From: an uncultured virus (IMG/VR IMGVR_UViG_3300024261_000008)
Taxonomy: Duplodnaviria > Heunggongvirae > Uroviricota > Caudoviricetes
Direction: 5' to 3' (one strand)
Virus record (IMG/VR): IMGVR_UViG_3300024261_000008
Location: 1-64,000 of that record
DNA length: 64,000 nt
Both the position numbers and the translations under genes were made by a program. This document shows, piece by piece, positions 16,552 to 27,600 of the stretch. Under the pieces are notes generated by a model that was not told the DNA's origin, searched no databases, and saw nothing but the letters and a program-made list of their open reading frames with translations. Position 1 is the stretch's first letter, and each line of letters opens with the position of its first letter.

Positions 16552-19500
16552 ATGCCAGCAAACAACCTAATACAATTCCGAAAGGGAAGTTCTACAGAAT
16601 GGTCTACAGAAAATCCAGTACTTAAAAGTGGTGAACCGGGTTTTTCCATAGACGACAATATTTTTAAAATAGGAGATGGAGTTACTGTATGGGAAGACCT
16701 ACTTTCTATAGGCTCTGCTACATATAGTAATTATGTAGTAAGCACCGGACAAACTTCTTTTACAACTGCCACAGGATATACAGTAGGGACTCTGGAACTA
16801 TACCAAAATGGTGTCAAACTTGTTAATAGTTTAGACTTTTCTGCTACAGACGGTGACACAGTTACCCTTAGTGGTGTTGCTCCTTCTGGAAGTATCTTAG
16901 ACTATCGTATAGCCACAGTAAATATCTGTGCAGGTAGTCAAGGAGGTGGAACCACATATACTGCTGGAACAGGTTTAGTTTTAGTAGGTACAGAATTTAA
17001 TATTGACAGTTCTGTTATGCAGACAGGAGACATTAGTACTTCTCTTGCTGCTGGAACTGGTATTGGTCTAGCTTATGATAGTGGTACTGATGTACTTACT
17101 ATTAATTATACTGGAGGCGGCGGGAGTTATACTGCTGGTACAGGCATCTACGTAGATGGTAGCAATGTCATAAATGTAGCTGACCCTGTATTAACAACTG
17201 GCAATTTAGTTGCTGGTTCGGGTTTGTCAAAAAGTGGATATACTTTGAATGTTGACAATACAGTATTGAGAACAGGTGATCTAGGAACAAATCTTACTGC
17301 TGGCACAGGGGTTGTTCTTGAAGAAAATGGTTCTGATCTTAGTATTAATGTCATGTACACTGGACATCCCGTTATTCCCGCTGCTTCTTCTTCTAACAAT
17401 AGTGGAAGTGTAGTTATCCAAGATGTGATTGTTGACAGCAACGGTCATGTAACAGGATTGGGAACTACTGATATCAGCGAACTGTTCACACAGGGCGATG
17501 GAATGAGCCTGACGACAGGTACTATTGGAGACATAACATTTGCTGTTAATCCAACAGTTGTGCGTTCAGGAGACAATATCAGCGACCTAAACAATGATCT
17601 GGGTCTTATCAGCGGTTTTGATCTTAGCGGTTCAGGTTTTCTGACAGGTGTTCCAGACAACATCGACATTGATTCAGTCACAGCCGCCACTGGGTCATTT
17701 GTGTCTCTGCGGTTTGGGAATGACAATATTACTTTCCCGACTAGTGATGGTACAGCGAATCAATATTTAGAAACAGATGGCAACGGAGTTCTGTCCTTTG
17801 TATCTGCTAGTGCTGACAGCAATACGTTTGTTACTGGTGTAACCTACAGTGATACTACTAGAGTAGTAACCTTGCTTAGAAATGATGGCACAAATCTGAC
17901 TGCCCATCTTGATGGACTAGCAACAAGTGGCGATCTTTCTAGTTATGTAGAGATTAGCAATCTGAGTGGAAGTATTAGTGGTTTTGCTAGTAGTGGAGAC
18001 CCACTCAGTATTTTTGTTAATGACTCTGGTTATATCAATGCTCATCCTGCTGTAGACGCAGCAAGTAGTTCAGACAACACTGGACAAACATTTGTACAAG
18101 ACTTGCTCTTTGATGAGTTTGGTCATGTAACAGGAGTAGGCGTTGCTAATGCTTCTGATAACAACACAACATATACTGCGGGTTCCGGTTTAGAACTTGA
18201 TGGTACAGAATTTGACGTTCGTGCTGGTGACGGCATACAAATTTCAAGCGACAATGTAGCAGTAGATGATACTGTAGTAAGAACAACTAATACCTATGAG
18301 AATCCAAGTTGGCTTACTAGTATAAATGCTAATATTTTAAGTGGTGAAGTTCCTGCTGCTAATCTTCCTTCTTATGTAGATGATATACTAGAATATAATG
18401 GCACGGGTAATTTCCCTGCTGCTGGAGAAACAGGCAAGATTTATCTTGACACTAGTACAAACTTTTCTTATCGCTGGGGTGGAAGTTCTTATGTACAGAT
18501 TGTAGACGGTAAGGCTACATGGGGTGGTATCGACGGTACTCTGAGCAGTCAGACAGACCTTAGTATGGCTCTACAAGCCAAGGCTGATGCAACTTACGCG
18601 AACCAAAATAGATCATGGATTAGTGCTAATACTACTAGTGGTGTTGCTTTAGATGTTCGCGTCACAGCCAACGACACCGATATAGAAAACCTCAGTGGAC
18701 TAGTAGAATTAAATGACACTGATATAACAAATCTTAGTGGCTTGGTAGCAACGAACACTACAAATATTGGTAATAATACTGCTAGTGGTCTACAAAACCA
18801 AACTGACGTTGGCACTCTTAGTGGTCTTATAGATGACCTTGAGGCAGTCAGCGGTGCAGAACAACAAATTAGTCACAGTTGGAATAATACAACAGCACAA
18901 TTAGTAAGTACACTCACACCCGGAAACACAGCACTACAACAACTGTTTGAGGGTAAACTTTATGGTGACTCAACTGTAACATATTTAAGAAGTGATGTTG
19001 ATTTGGGTATCGGTACTGTACCATCTGCTGCCCTTCATATAAAGGGTGAGTATGCAGATGATGGTTACTTGATGATAGAAGATACTAGTAGTGCTCTAAA
19101 AACAAAACTATATACAGGTAACACTACTAGCGTTCTTGCAGTAGACGAAGATGATGCTGTTGCTGATTCTGCATTTACGATACAGGTAGACGGAGACAAC
19201 AAAGGTACTTTCGGTGCATCAGCCACAACACTTGATCAAAGTGTTACTATTAATGCTTCTACTAATCAATGTGTTCTTGGAAACACCATAAATGTATTTA
19301 ATGAGGGTGGAGCAGATGTAGACTTTAGGGTCGAAGGCTTAACTGATAACAACTTGCTGTTGTGTGATGCAAGCAAGGATTCGGTTCTTATTGGAAACTC
19401 TACTGATGGAAGCGTTAATTCTAAATTGCATGTTTATGAGGTCAATAAAACAAATAGTACATATTCTAGAACCATTAACGTGCTAGGTAGGGCTTATTCT

Positions 19501-20796
19501 ACTACTGATGGATCATACTATCATATAGGGATTAATAATAGAGCAGAAAAATACCTAAGTGATTCTGTTAATGACGCTGGTTATGTTATAGGTACGAACT
19601 GTGTTCCTGTACTATATGGTGACGGTACTAGTACAACTGTGGCAGAAATGACAGCCGTTAGAGCCAATATGTCAATAAACACAGTGGCTTCTGGTGTGAC
19701 TGTAACAAACGCATATGATATCAAGTGTGTACCAAGCCTAGCAGGAACGGATAACGCTGTAACAAATCATTATGGATTGTTCCTACAGCAAGGAGCAGGA
19801 AGTGCCACTGTTACAAACAGATTTGGAGTATACCAGCAAGACCCTGCTGCTCAGAATATATTCCTTGGCCCAGTAGGTTGCGGTGCTACCAATTTAGGCT
19901 CTAACGATCTCGTAGTTAACGGAACTAGTAAGTTTGACGGTCAAGTTGTTGTTAATGACAGAGTTTCTACTAAAGAATTATATGTTACTAATGATCCTTC
20001 TAGTACATCTTTACCTCTTGGCATAAGAACAGTTTTAGAAGACACCACCAGAGTTGAAACACTTAATGTCAATGCAGAATACACATTCCCGACTACAGAT
20101 GGAACAACATCAGGTCAAGTACTTGTCACAGACGGTGCTGGCAATGTAGATTGGGAAGATCAAACGGGTGGTGGAACAACAAGTAATGTAGACAGAGCAA
20201 CACTATCTCTCACAGCAGCACAACAAACATTTAGTGTTAGCAATGGATATGACACAGGTGCTATTGATGTTTACCTTAATGGTGTTAAACTTGCTGATAG
20301 CACAGACTTTACTGCAAGTAATGGTACTAGTTTTGTTCTAACAGAAGCCGCTGCTTCTGGTGATGTCGTACAGTATACTACATACGATAGGCTTACTACT
20401 AACGGCCTAGTATCTGATAGTGGTGACACCATGACAGGTGATCTTACTATCAATGCCAATCTTGCTGTTACTGGAACTATTGATAGTCCACAGGCTGCAA
20501 AGGCTTGGGTCAACTTTAATGCAGTCGGCACTCTTACTAAAAGAAACGACTATAATGTTACTAGCGTAACAGACAATGGTACTGGAGATTATACTGTTAA
20601 TTTTGAAAATAGTTTACCTGATACTGACTATGCTGTATCCCATTCTGTTGGCAAAACAGAAAATGCCCTTTGGCATAGAGGCCGAGAAGATGTTACTGCT
20701 CGTACTGTGGATGCATATAGGTTTATCAGTGCTCGATTTAGTGATGGTCAACTTATTGATGCTGAATTTGTAAGCGTGATATTTTTCGGAGGCTAA
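16552..20796 (+). CDS. Long fibre protein (Mtd_N-like start, YTAGTG repeats, two YxNGVKL domains, C-terminal AKAWVNF tip domain)
   Basis: Likely start ATG 16552 (AGGA RBS); motifs read from the translation. Confidence 0.88.
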   Translation: MPANNLIQFRKGSSTEWSTENPVLKSGEPGFSIDDNIFKIGDGVTVWEDLLSIGSATYSNYVVSTGQTSFTTATGYTVGTLELYQNGVKLVNSLDFSATDGDTVTLSGVAPSGSILDYRIATVNICAGSQGGGTTYTAGTGLVLVGTEFNIDSSVMQTGDISTSLAAGTGIGLAYDSGTDVLTINYTGGGGSYTAGTGIYVDGSNVINVADPVLTTGNLVAGSGLSKSGYTLNVDNTVLRTGDLGTNLTAGTGVVLEENGSDLSINVMYTGHPVIPAASSSNNSGSVVIQDVIVDSNGHVTGLGTTDISELFTQGDGMSLTTGTIGDITFAVNPTVVRSGDNISDLNNDLGLISGFDLSGSGFLTGVPDNIDIDSVTAATGSFVSLRFGNDNITFPTSDGTANQYLETDGNGVLSFVSASADSNTFVTGVTYSDTTRVVTLLRNDGTNLTAHLDGLATSGDLSSYVEISNLSGSISGFASSGDPLSIFVNDSGYINAHPAVDAASSSDNTGQTFVQDLLFDEFGHVTGVGVANASDNNTTYTAGSGLELDGTEFDVRAGDGIQISSDNVAVDDTVVRTTNTYENPSWLTSINANILSGEVPAANLPSYVDDILEYNGTGNFPAAGETGKIYLDTSTNFSYRWGGSSYVQIVDGKATWGGIDGTLSSQTDLSMALQAKADATYANQNRSWISANTTSGVALDVRVTANDTDIENLSGLVELNDTDITNLSGLVATNTTNIGNNTASGLQNQTDVGTLSGLIDDLEAVSGAEQQISHSWNNTTAQLVSTLTPGNTALQQLFEGKLYGDSTVTYLRSDVDLGIGTVPSAALHIKGEYADDGYLMIEDTSSALKTKLYTGNTTSVLAVDEDDAVADSAFTIQVDGDNKGTFGASATTLDQSVTINASTNQCVLGNTINVFNEGGADVDFRVEGLTDNNLLLCDASKDSVLIGNSTDGSVNSKLHVYEVNKTNSTYSRTINVLGRAYSTTDGSYYHIGINNRAEKYLSDSVNDAGYVIGTNCVPVLYGDGTSTTVAEMTAVRANMSINTVASGVTVTNAYDIKCVPSLAGTDNAVTNHYGLFLQQGAGSATVTNRFGVYQQDPAAQNIFLGPVGCGATNLGSNDLVVNGTSKFDGQVVVNDRVSTKELYVTNDPSSTSLPLGIRTVLEDTTRVETLNVNAEYTFPTTDGTTSGQVLVTDGAGNVDWEDQTGGGTTSNVDRATLSLTAAQQTFSVSNGYDTGAIDVYLNGVKLADSTDFTASNGTSFVLTEAAASGDVVQYTTYDRLTTNGLVSDSGDTMTGDLTINANLAVTGTIDSPQAAKAWVNFNAVGTLTKRNDYNVTSVTDNGTGDYTVNFENSLPDTDYAVSHSVGKTENALWHRGREDVTARTVDAYRFISARFSDGQLIDAEFVSVIFFGG

Positions 20797-20818
20797 CAAA
20801 CACAAGAAAGGTTTAAAA

Positions 20819-21070
20819 ATGAATGAAAGAATAGTTTATCCAAATGATGAGGGTGGAATAGCAGTAATCGTACCTGCTAACAACACCAAACTTACTGTTG
20901 CAGATATTGCATTGAAAGATGTACCTGCTGGAGTAAAATTTAAAGTAATAGACGTTTCCGATATTCCTACAGACAGGACATTTCGAAACGCATGGGAATT
21001 TGACTTCACCAACGACTTCGATGGCGAAGGAATGGGTGCAGAAGCATTTAACGCAACAAGAGGTAACTAA
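20819..21070 (+). CDS. Fibre assembly-type small protein
   Basis: IALKDVPAG...IPTDRTFRNAW; directly after the fibre gene. Confidence 0.65.
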   Translation: MNERIVYPNDEGGIAVIVPANNTKLTVADIALKDVPAGVKFKVIDVSDIPTDRTFRNAWEFDFTNDFDGEGMGAEAFNATRGN

Positions 21071-21072
21071 AG

Positions 21073-21678
21073 ATGATTAATATTAATATGGACAAGGCAA
21101 AAAATATCTGGAGAGACAAAGTTCGGGCAGAGAGAGCACCTTATTTTGAGCAACTAGATGTTGACTACCTCAAGGCCACTGAATCACAAAATGTGGTTGT
21201 CAAAGCTCACATTGAAACCAAGAAGCAACAACTTCGTGATGCTCCAGAAGACAGTAGAATTGAATCAGCAACTACTCCTGAAGAACTCAAGGCTGTAGAT
21301 GTTGTTGAAGAGATTATGTACATTTCTGATTTAGATCAAGCAAAACTAGATAAACTTTCTGATATAGATGAAGAATGGAAAGTTATTCTTAATGCAGGTT
21401 TCCAAACCCCTGAAGGCTGGAGCCTTGGAATTAGCACAGATGACGTAGCACTTCTTAATGGTGCTTACTCACTTGCTAAAGAGGCTACTGCACTAGGAAG
21501 CACAGACCCAGTTGTTATTGTTGATATTGCAGGAGAAGCCCATTCATTATCCCTTGAAGAGATGACACCTATTATGCTGGCTTATGGTTCTTCACGATCA
21601 ACACTTAGTGCTGGTGATGCTGCTAAACGTAAATTGGTAAGAGACGCAACCACAGTGGAAGAGGTAGAGGCTGTTTAA
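21073..21678 (+). CDS. Fibre assembly chaperone-like protein
   Basis: RAERAPYFEQLDV...KQQLRDAP N-half and DUF4376-like C-half. Confidence 0.65.
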   Translation: MININMDKAKNIWRDKVRAERAPYFEQLDVDYLKATESQNVVVKAHIETKKQQLRDAPEDSRIESATTPEELKAVDVVEEIMYISDLDQAKLDKLSDIDEEWKVILNAGFQTPEGWSLGISTDDVALLNGAYSLAKEATALGSTDPVVIVDIAGEAHSLSLEEMTPIMLAYGSSRSTLSAGDAAKRKLVRDATTVEEVEAV

Positions 21679-21851
21679 TGGCTTATAAACTACAAAAAGT
21701 TGGAGACGATTTTAAACTGCTTAAACGCGGAGACAACTATGTTGTGCACAATGATGGTTCATCAGGTGTTAGCAACTCAGGCGGCGGAAACTCAGGCGGC
21801 GGAAACTCAGGCGGTGGAAACTCAGGTGGTGGAAACTCAGGCGGTGGCTAA
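21678..21851 (+). CDS. 57-aa protein with an (NSGGG)5 tail
   Basis: TAATG overlap with the previous gene and GAGG RBS. The repeat varies only at third codon positions in this frame. Confidence 0.7.
   Translation: MAYKLQKVGDDFKLLKRGDNYVVHNDGSSGVSNSGGGNSGGGNSGGGNSGGGNSGGG
21774..21848 (+). repeat. 5 x 15-bp tandem repeat AACTCAGGYGGYGGA
   Basis: Directly visible. Confidence 0.95.
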
Positions 21852-21939
21852 TCACGATCTATATCCTCAGATACTACTATACCATATACTCCTAATTACA
21901 GTTTTAAATATAACAATACATTAACTGGAGAACTAGAAA

Positions 21940-22302
21940 ATGACCAAATCAAGAGACATAAGTGAGATGAAAGACAGTCAAGTTGCTAAGGCTTGGTGTT
22001 ACTTTGGCGGTGGTACTTATAATTCGGTAAATCCTTATATCGTCAGGTCTTTCAATGTTAGTAGTGTAACTGATGCTTCAACTTCAACTGCTGGTGGTCA
22101 ATATACTGTTAATTTTGAAAATAACATGGAATCTGTTGGTTACGTTGTTTCAACATCTGCTGGTATTAATACCGCAGGTTCTGTATCTTCAGTTTGGGCC
22201 AATACTAAAAGTATAAGCAGTGTTGATCTTCATGGATTAGCAAATTATGGCAACATAGCCTATGAGGACATGGGCTCTATAAACTTTGTAGTTTTCGAGT
22301 AA
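21940..22302 (+). CDS. Stand-alone fibre-tip domain, copy 1
   Basis: MTKSRDISEMKDSQVAKAW...FNVSSVTD...YTVNF; paralog of the C-terminus of 16552..20796. Confidence 0.85.
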   Translation: MTKSRDISEMKDSQVAKAWCYFGGGTYNSVNPYIVRSFNVSSVTDASTSTAGGQYTVNFENNMESVGYVVSTSAGINTAGSVSSVWANTKSISSVDLHGLANYGNIAYEDMGSINFVVFE

Positions 22303-22311
22303 GAAAAAAAA

Positions 22312-22686
22312 ATGAGTAACGCAAGAAACATAAGTGAGATGAAAGAAAGTCAAGTTGCTAAGGCTTGGGTTAATTTTGATGGAGAGTTTGCAACTTCCCC
22401 TTTTACTGAAGCCAATGGAGGAATTAGAGATTCATTTAATGTAACCAGTATTACAGACAGAGGAACTGGAAGATATACGGTTAATTTGACTAGTGCTATG
22501 GCTAGTGCTGATTATGCAGTATCGGCTTTATGTGGAAATGGCGATGGATCAAACATAGGTACTACTACTTCCGTTGCTAATGAGACAGTTCTTACGAGCA
22601 GTGCTTTTGGAATAAGAGTAAGTCAGGGAAACGCTGCTATTGATAAAGTTTTTGTAAGTTTAATATTTTTCGGAGAATCATCATGA
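22312..22686 (+). CDS. Stand-alone fibre-tip domain, copy 2
   Basis: MSNARNISEMKESQVAKAWVNF...FNVTSITDRGTGRYTVN...VSLIFFG. Confidence 0.85.
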   Translation: MSNARNISEMKESQVAKAWVNFDGEFATSPFTEANGGIRDSFNVTSITDRGTGRYTVNLTSAMASADYAVSALCGNGDGSNIGTTTSVANETVLTSSAFGIRVSQGNAAIDKVFVSLIFFGESS

Positions 22687-23027
22687 GCAACGCAAGAAAC
22701 ATCTGTGATATGAAAGAAGGTCAAGTCTCCAAGGCTTGGGTTTCCTTTAAGGGAACAGGAACTGTTACCGTCAACAATGATCACAATGTGACAAGTGTAA
22801 CCGATGCTGGTACTGGAGCCTATGTTATTAATTATACTAGTGCTTTCTCAGACACTAAATATTGTTTTACTCTTTTTGGTCGAGACCCAGATAACACTGC
22901 TAATGTAGTCAACAACGCAGGGTGTAAAGCAAGTGATACTAAATCAACAACTCAACTTACAGTAAGATATACATATAACTCTGCAAATTTAGACTGCCCT
23001 GAATTAAACTTTGTTGCATTTGACTAA
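22683..23027 (+). CDS. Stand-alone fibre-tip domain, copy 3
   Basis: MSNARNICDMKEGQVSKAWVSF...NVTSVTDAGTGAYVINY. Confidence 0.85.
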   Translation: MSNARNICDMKEGQVSKAWVSFKGTGTVTVNNDHNVTSVTDAGTGAYVINYTSAFSDTKYCFTLFGRDPDNTANVVNNAGCKASDTKSTTQLTVRYTYNSANLDCPELNFVAFD

Positions 23028-23047
23028 CAAAACATAGAAAGAAAAAA

Positions 23048-23611
23048 ATGAGCAATAATTTTACATACAGAAATTCACTACTAGGGACAGTTCTTAATAC
23101 TTCTGATGATCAGATAGTAATGTCTGGTGTGTCACAGTCTTCTGGTCCAGACGCTTGCATATATAATAGTGGACAGTTTGTTATCTCTAATGGTTCATTT
23201 GAGACAAAGGGAGATGCACAAAGAAGTGAATATGTTCTAAAAAAAGAAACAATCAATGGCAACTGGCAAGACTTACAGCTTTATGATGGAGTCAGTGGAG
23301 TAAGTGGGATATATTTACAGACTAATAAAACCTATGGTTTTAATTTTAGAGTTGTAGCAAGAGGAGTTAGTCAATTAGACAATGCTGCCTATGAGATAGA
23401 AGGAGTCTTAAATAATACTTCAGGAACTTCTACTATACTAACTAGTAGTAAAAATATTATTATGGAAGAATCTGGTGCAACTAACTGGGATATAGAAGTA
23501 AGAACTACGGGGATTGATGACGCTAAATATCTACAAGTTATGGTAAAAGGTGAAACAGCTATAAACATTAACTGGAGTGCTTACGCATCTATTGTGGAAG
23601 TAGGAGGATAA
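23048..23611 (+). CDS. Virion beta-sandwich protein
   Basis: Paralog of the N-half of 23613..24587 (TY.F...VA...LQ+.V.G....INW.A...VE+GG). Confidence 0.7.
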   Translation: MSNNFTYRNSLLGTVLNTSDDQIVMSGVSQSSGPDACIYNSGQFVISNGSFETKGDAQRSEYVLKKETINGNWQDLQLYDGVSGVSGIYLQTNKTYGFNFRVVARGVSQLDNAAYEIEGVLNNTSGTSTILTSSKNIIMEESGATNWDIEVRTTGIDDAKYLQVMVKGETAININWSAYASIVEVGG

Positions 23612-23612
23612 T

Positions 23613-24587
23613 ATGTCAACAGACGCTTATAACTTCTCTATACTAGGTTGTAGTATACAAGTATCTGGAAATAATTTAATATATGATGAAGAGGCTATAC
23701 TTGCAGGACACGGAGGAACACTAGCTGCTGTTAGTGGTTTTACAATTTCTAACGGCCCTGTACATATTTTTGGTGACGATGATGACACGATGGTTAGAAA
23801 GTACTCTCTTATAACACAAACATCAGGAAGCCAAGTTTCTGAATTTAGACTTGATTACCCTAATGGTCTTTCAGGCGTACCGTTGAGAGAGGAACATACA
23901 TATATATTTGATGCAACTATAGTAGCTAAAACTCAAGATTCACAGACACCTAATGACTGTGCAATGTTTAAAGTAAAAGGATTATTAGTAGACGATGCCT
24001 TGGGCTTAGAAGTGGTAGAGCCTTACACAATAGATAGTATATTTAGGTTTTCATCTAGCCTAGGAGTCAGTGCGACAGGAATAAAACAAGATGATAAAGA
24101 ACTGCTACAGATTAACGTGACAGGTATAGCAGGTAAAAATATAAATTGGGTAGCAGGACTAGACTTAGTAGAAATAGGAGGCACAACACAAAGCCCATAC
24201 GGTAGAGGCCGAACAAGCCTTGACGCACACAACAATTATGATGTCGGAGAATACTGTATCATAATTAGACAACCAAACAACTTTGTAGAATCTAGCGGCA
24301 CAGATGTTTCATTCTTCTGTAGCGGCATCACCAATAGTGGAGATGTCACCTATCAATGGCAGTACCGATATAATGGAGACCCCGATGAAGAGACAGAATT
24401 TAAGACCATAGTTGGTGCTACCGGACTCACATACGAACCTCCAGAATCTGCGACTTCACAACTCTTTATTCCAACTAGTTCGCCAAGTGGTCATTCTACA
24501 GCCTATCCTAATGAGTTTAAATGTATAGTTTCTAGCACGAATGGAGAAATTGCCACAAGTAGACCTGTTACTTGGATGTACCTATAG
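23613..24587 (+). CDS. Virion protein with a C-terminal Ig-like domain
   Basis: IIRQP...C...VTYQWQ...GAT...FKCIVS Ig-like pattern. Confidence 0.7.
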   Translation: MSTDAYNFSILGCSIQVSGNNLIYDEEAILAGHGGTLAAVSGFTISNGPVHIFGDDDDTMVRKYSLITQTSGSQVSEFRLDYPNGLSGVPLREEHTYIFDATIVAKTQDSQTPNDCAMFKVKGLLVDDALGLEVVEPYTIDSIFRFSSSLGVSATGIKQDDKELLQINVTGIAGKNINWVAGLDLVEIGGTTQSPYGRGRTSLDAHNNYDVGEYCIIIRQPNNFVESSGTDVSFFCSGITNSGDVTYQWQYRYNGDPDEETEFKTIVGATGLTYEPPESATSQLFIPTSSPSGHSTAYPNEFKCIVSSTNGEIATSRPVTWMYL

Positions 24588-24595
24588 CAGTCTGT

Positions 24596-24605
24596 GGTGT
24601 ATAAA
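24596..24605 (+). promoter_or_regulatory. Candidate late promoter GGTGTATAAA
   Basis: Intergenic, 50 nt before 24655. Confidence 0.55.
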
Positions 24606-24654
24606 GAGTTAATATCATTTGTACACTTTTAACTTTTAAAGAAGGTTTTATAAA

Positions 24655-27600
24655 ATGGCCGTTTATAAACTAATCAAATTAAAAAGAGACTATACTGCTA
24701 ATTGGACTTTACTAAACCCTATTTTGAGTTTAGGAGAACCGGGATACGAAAGAGATACAGGCAAACTTAAAATTGGTGATGGTGTAACACCTTGGGTTGA
24801 TCTAGACTATATAAAAGTGGACATGGATGATGTAGTTATAGACCCAGATGATTTAGCAGATGTTCTTAATAATGTGCTGCAAGGTGGTTTCGGCATAGAT
24901 ATCATTTATTCTGATCCTTCAGACACTATACTCATTAGAACAACAGGGCTAGCCACCCAATCAGACTTTATTGCTTTATCTGGAGATGTAGCCAATTTAG
25001 ATTCTGCATTAATTTTTAGAGGAATCACAGACCCAACACAACTTAATTCTGCTCCAACTGATCCTGTTCCTGACAATGGAGATATGTGGATAAGTAATGC
25101 ATCAGGTCAGATAGATGGTTCATGGGTAAATCTTTCTGGTCAAGACATTGTGGTTGATCAGTTTATGCTCTATGAGGAAGACGCTAACGGCTGGGTTCTC
25201 GGTGGCAATGCAGTAGGTGTTGATCTAAGCGATTATGCTACCAAAGCAGAACTTAACAACCTACAGTATCAGGTGAATCAAAACTCAAACAATATTTCTG
25301 TCAATTATTTAGACATACAGCAGAACATAGTTGATATTATAAATCTTAAAAATTCTACAAACAATCAACAAACACAAATAGACGCACTCATACAAGCAAC
25401 TGGTCATATTCACGATCAAGACATATATCAAATTTTTAATGACCTTATCATTCTTCAAGACAATTATACAGCACTTTCAGGATATAGCGACGCAAGAGAC
25501 GATTCATTACAACAACAAATCAATGCAATATCTGGAGCGATCCCACCAGAAGTAGACCTGTCAGTAATTAGTGGTTATATTGCGGCGAATACAGCAAGCG
25601 GTGTTGTAGTTTTAGGAAAAGCAGATCAAAACAGTGACGATATTGCAACACTTAGTGGTCTTATAGACGGTGGACTAGACTTTAAGGGCTACATCAATCC
25701 TACTGTAACAGGCTCGGCCCCTTCCTTGCCGACTAATGGTGATCTTTGGATTAGTGATACTAGCGGAGTTATAGACAATGGCTGGACATGCATAGCAGGT
25801 CAAGATGTTGGTGTTAATCAGTGGATGATTTATTCTGATGATGATACCTGTTGGCAACTTGGTCCAGCAACAGATATTGACCTTAGTGCTTATGCTCTAA
25901 AGACTGAACTTAATACCGTTAGTGGTCTTGTAGATCAAAATGCTACTGATATTATTACTATTAGCGGGTTGGTTGGTAGCGGTATACCTTCAGGTCTTGT
26001 GGAATACAGCACGGGTCTAGCCATACGACACGGCAGCACTGAAGTTAGTGTTAATGAAGTTAGTGGCAATAGTGTCATTGATCTTACTAATTGGAAAATT
26101 AAAGATGGACATTTTATTCCAAACAGTAATGCGTCATTTGATCTTGGTAATGCAGAATATAAAGTTCGTCACCTGTTTTTGTCTGATAACAGTATATACA
26201 TGGGTGAAGGCAATCTGAGTGCGACTAGCGGTAGCACTGTTCTTTTATGGAATGGCGAACCTCTTGCAAAGATAACAGATATTAATACTATTATTAGTGG
26301 TGAGTTAGCCGAACAAAAACTTTTAGATTTACAAGATGTAACTTCTGACGGCCCAGTAGAACAGTACGCCGTTCCTGTTTATAATCAAGGGACTAGTGAA
26401 TACAAGGTTAAAAGACTGACCCCGTTGGAAGTCGAAGACACTTCAACACCACCGCTAGATGGATATCCTGCTGGAAGTTTAGGAAATGAACTACAAGACA
26501 TTAAGGGAGACATTCAATCTAATACTATCCTTATTAGTGGTATCGCTGAAGATATTGTAGAAATACCAGATGCAGTTATATTCAAGGGTGTTACTGATCC
26601 TACAGTTAGTGGCTCTGCACCTGCTGGCCCCGACAATGGAGATATGTGGGTTAGTAATAATAGCGGACTTATTGATGGTAGTTGGACAGGTCTAAGCGGA
26701 GAAGATGTATTAGAAAATCAATTCTTGCTTTACTCTACAGGATTAAACGTATGGTTGAGGGGTGGTAAGATTGATGTAAGCGATCTTTCTGATCAATATC
26801 TACCTCTTACGGGTAATTTAAATCCCAACGATCAAAAACTAGATGCAGTAGCATTTACTAGTAATGTTGTGACAACAAGTATAAGTGGTTTATATCCTTC
26901 GTCCAGATATATAGGCAATTTAACTTACATAAATCATCCAAACCAGCCTCTACCTGTAGCAGCACAAGTTTACGGTCCTTCAGAATTTAATGTAAACCGT
27001 TCAGACTACAGCCGAGATTGGAAAGACGGTATAGATTATGGTTTTGATTGTGTCAGCATACTGTATGAGAATGAGGATATTCCTGAAGCAGGTTATTCTT
27101 GGAGTATTAAGGTTGGCCCTCCATCAAAATATTTTCCTAGTGGAATAGCAAACAATGGAAAGCCTTATCAACAAAACAGATATCGTGATCCAAATCCTAA
27201 AGGCTGGAATCCTGCTTTTCTTGCACAAAGAGCAGCAATTAGAGGACAAGGTGCTTTTGAATTTCGTCCATATGTGACGACGGCAAGTCAGGATATGACG
27301 ACTGCTCCTTACCAAGTAGGTTTCAGGTCTTGTCCACAAAATGATATAGAGTTTTACAAAGTATACGCGAACGAGCCGAGTGCAACTCCAACCTATATAG
27401 GTTTTCATTCTGATCCTAGACAACAAGTTTTTGATAATGGCCCGATTGGTAGTTCTACAAAAGGTTATGCTTTGCATATCGATTTTCGGGCAGGCTCGGA
27501 TTACGAATTATTCCAAGGAACAGGTCACGGAAGAGTTTATGGCTTTTTTGCTGATATGTTAAACAAAGGAGGAGCAAATGTTGCAGGCTTTATTGAAAGA

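Noticed and set aside
21774..21848. CRISPR array
   Set aside because: Contiguous 15-bp coding repeats without spacers.
21700..21924. ORF-track 74-aa protein with ETQA repeats
   Set aside because: It is an alternative frame of the 15-bp repeat. The 21678..21851 frame has an RBS, a TAATG overlap and only synonymous repeat variation.
21940..23027. Invertible shufflon of fibre tips
   Set aside because: All copies are in the same orientation with their own starts; no inverted crossover sites or recombinase seen in the window.
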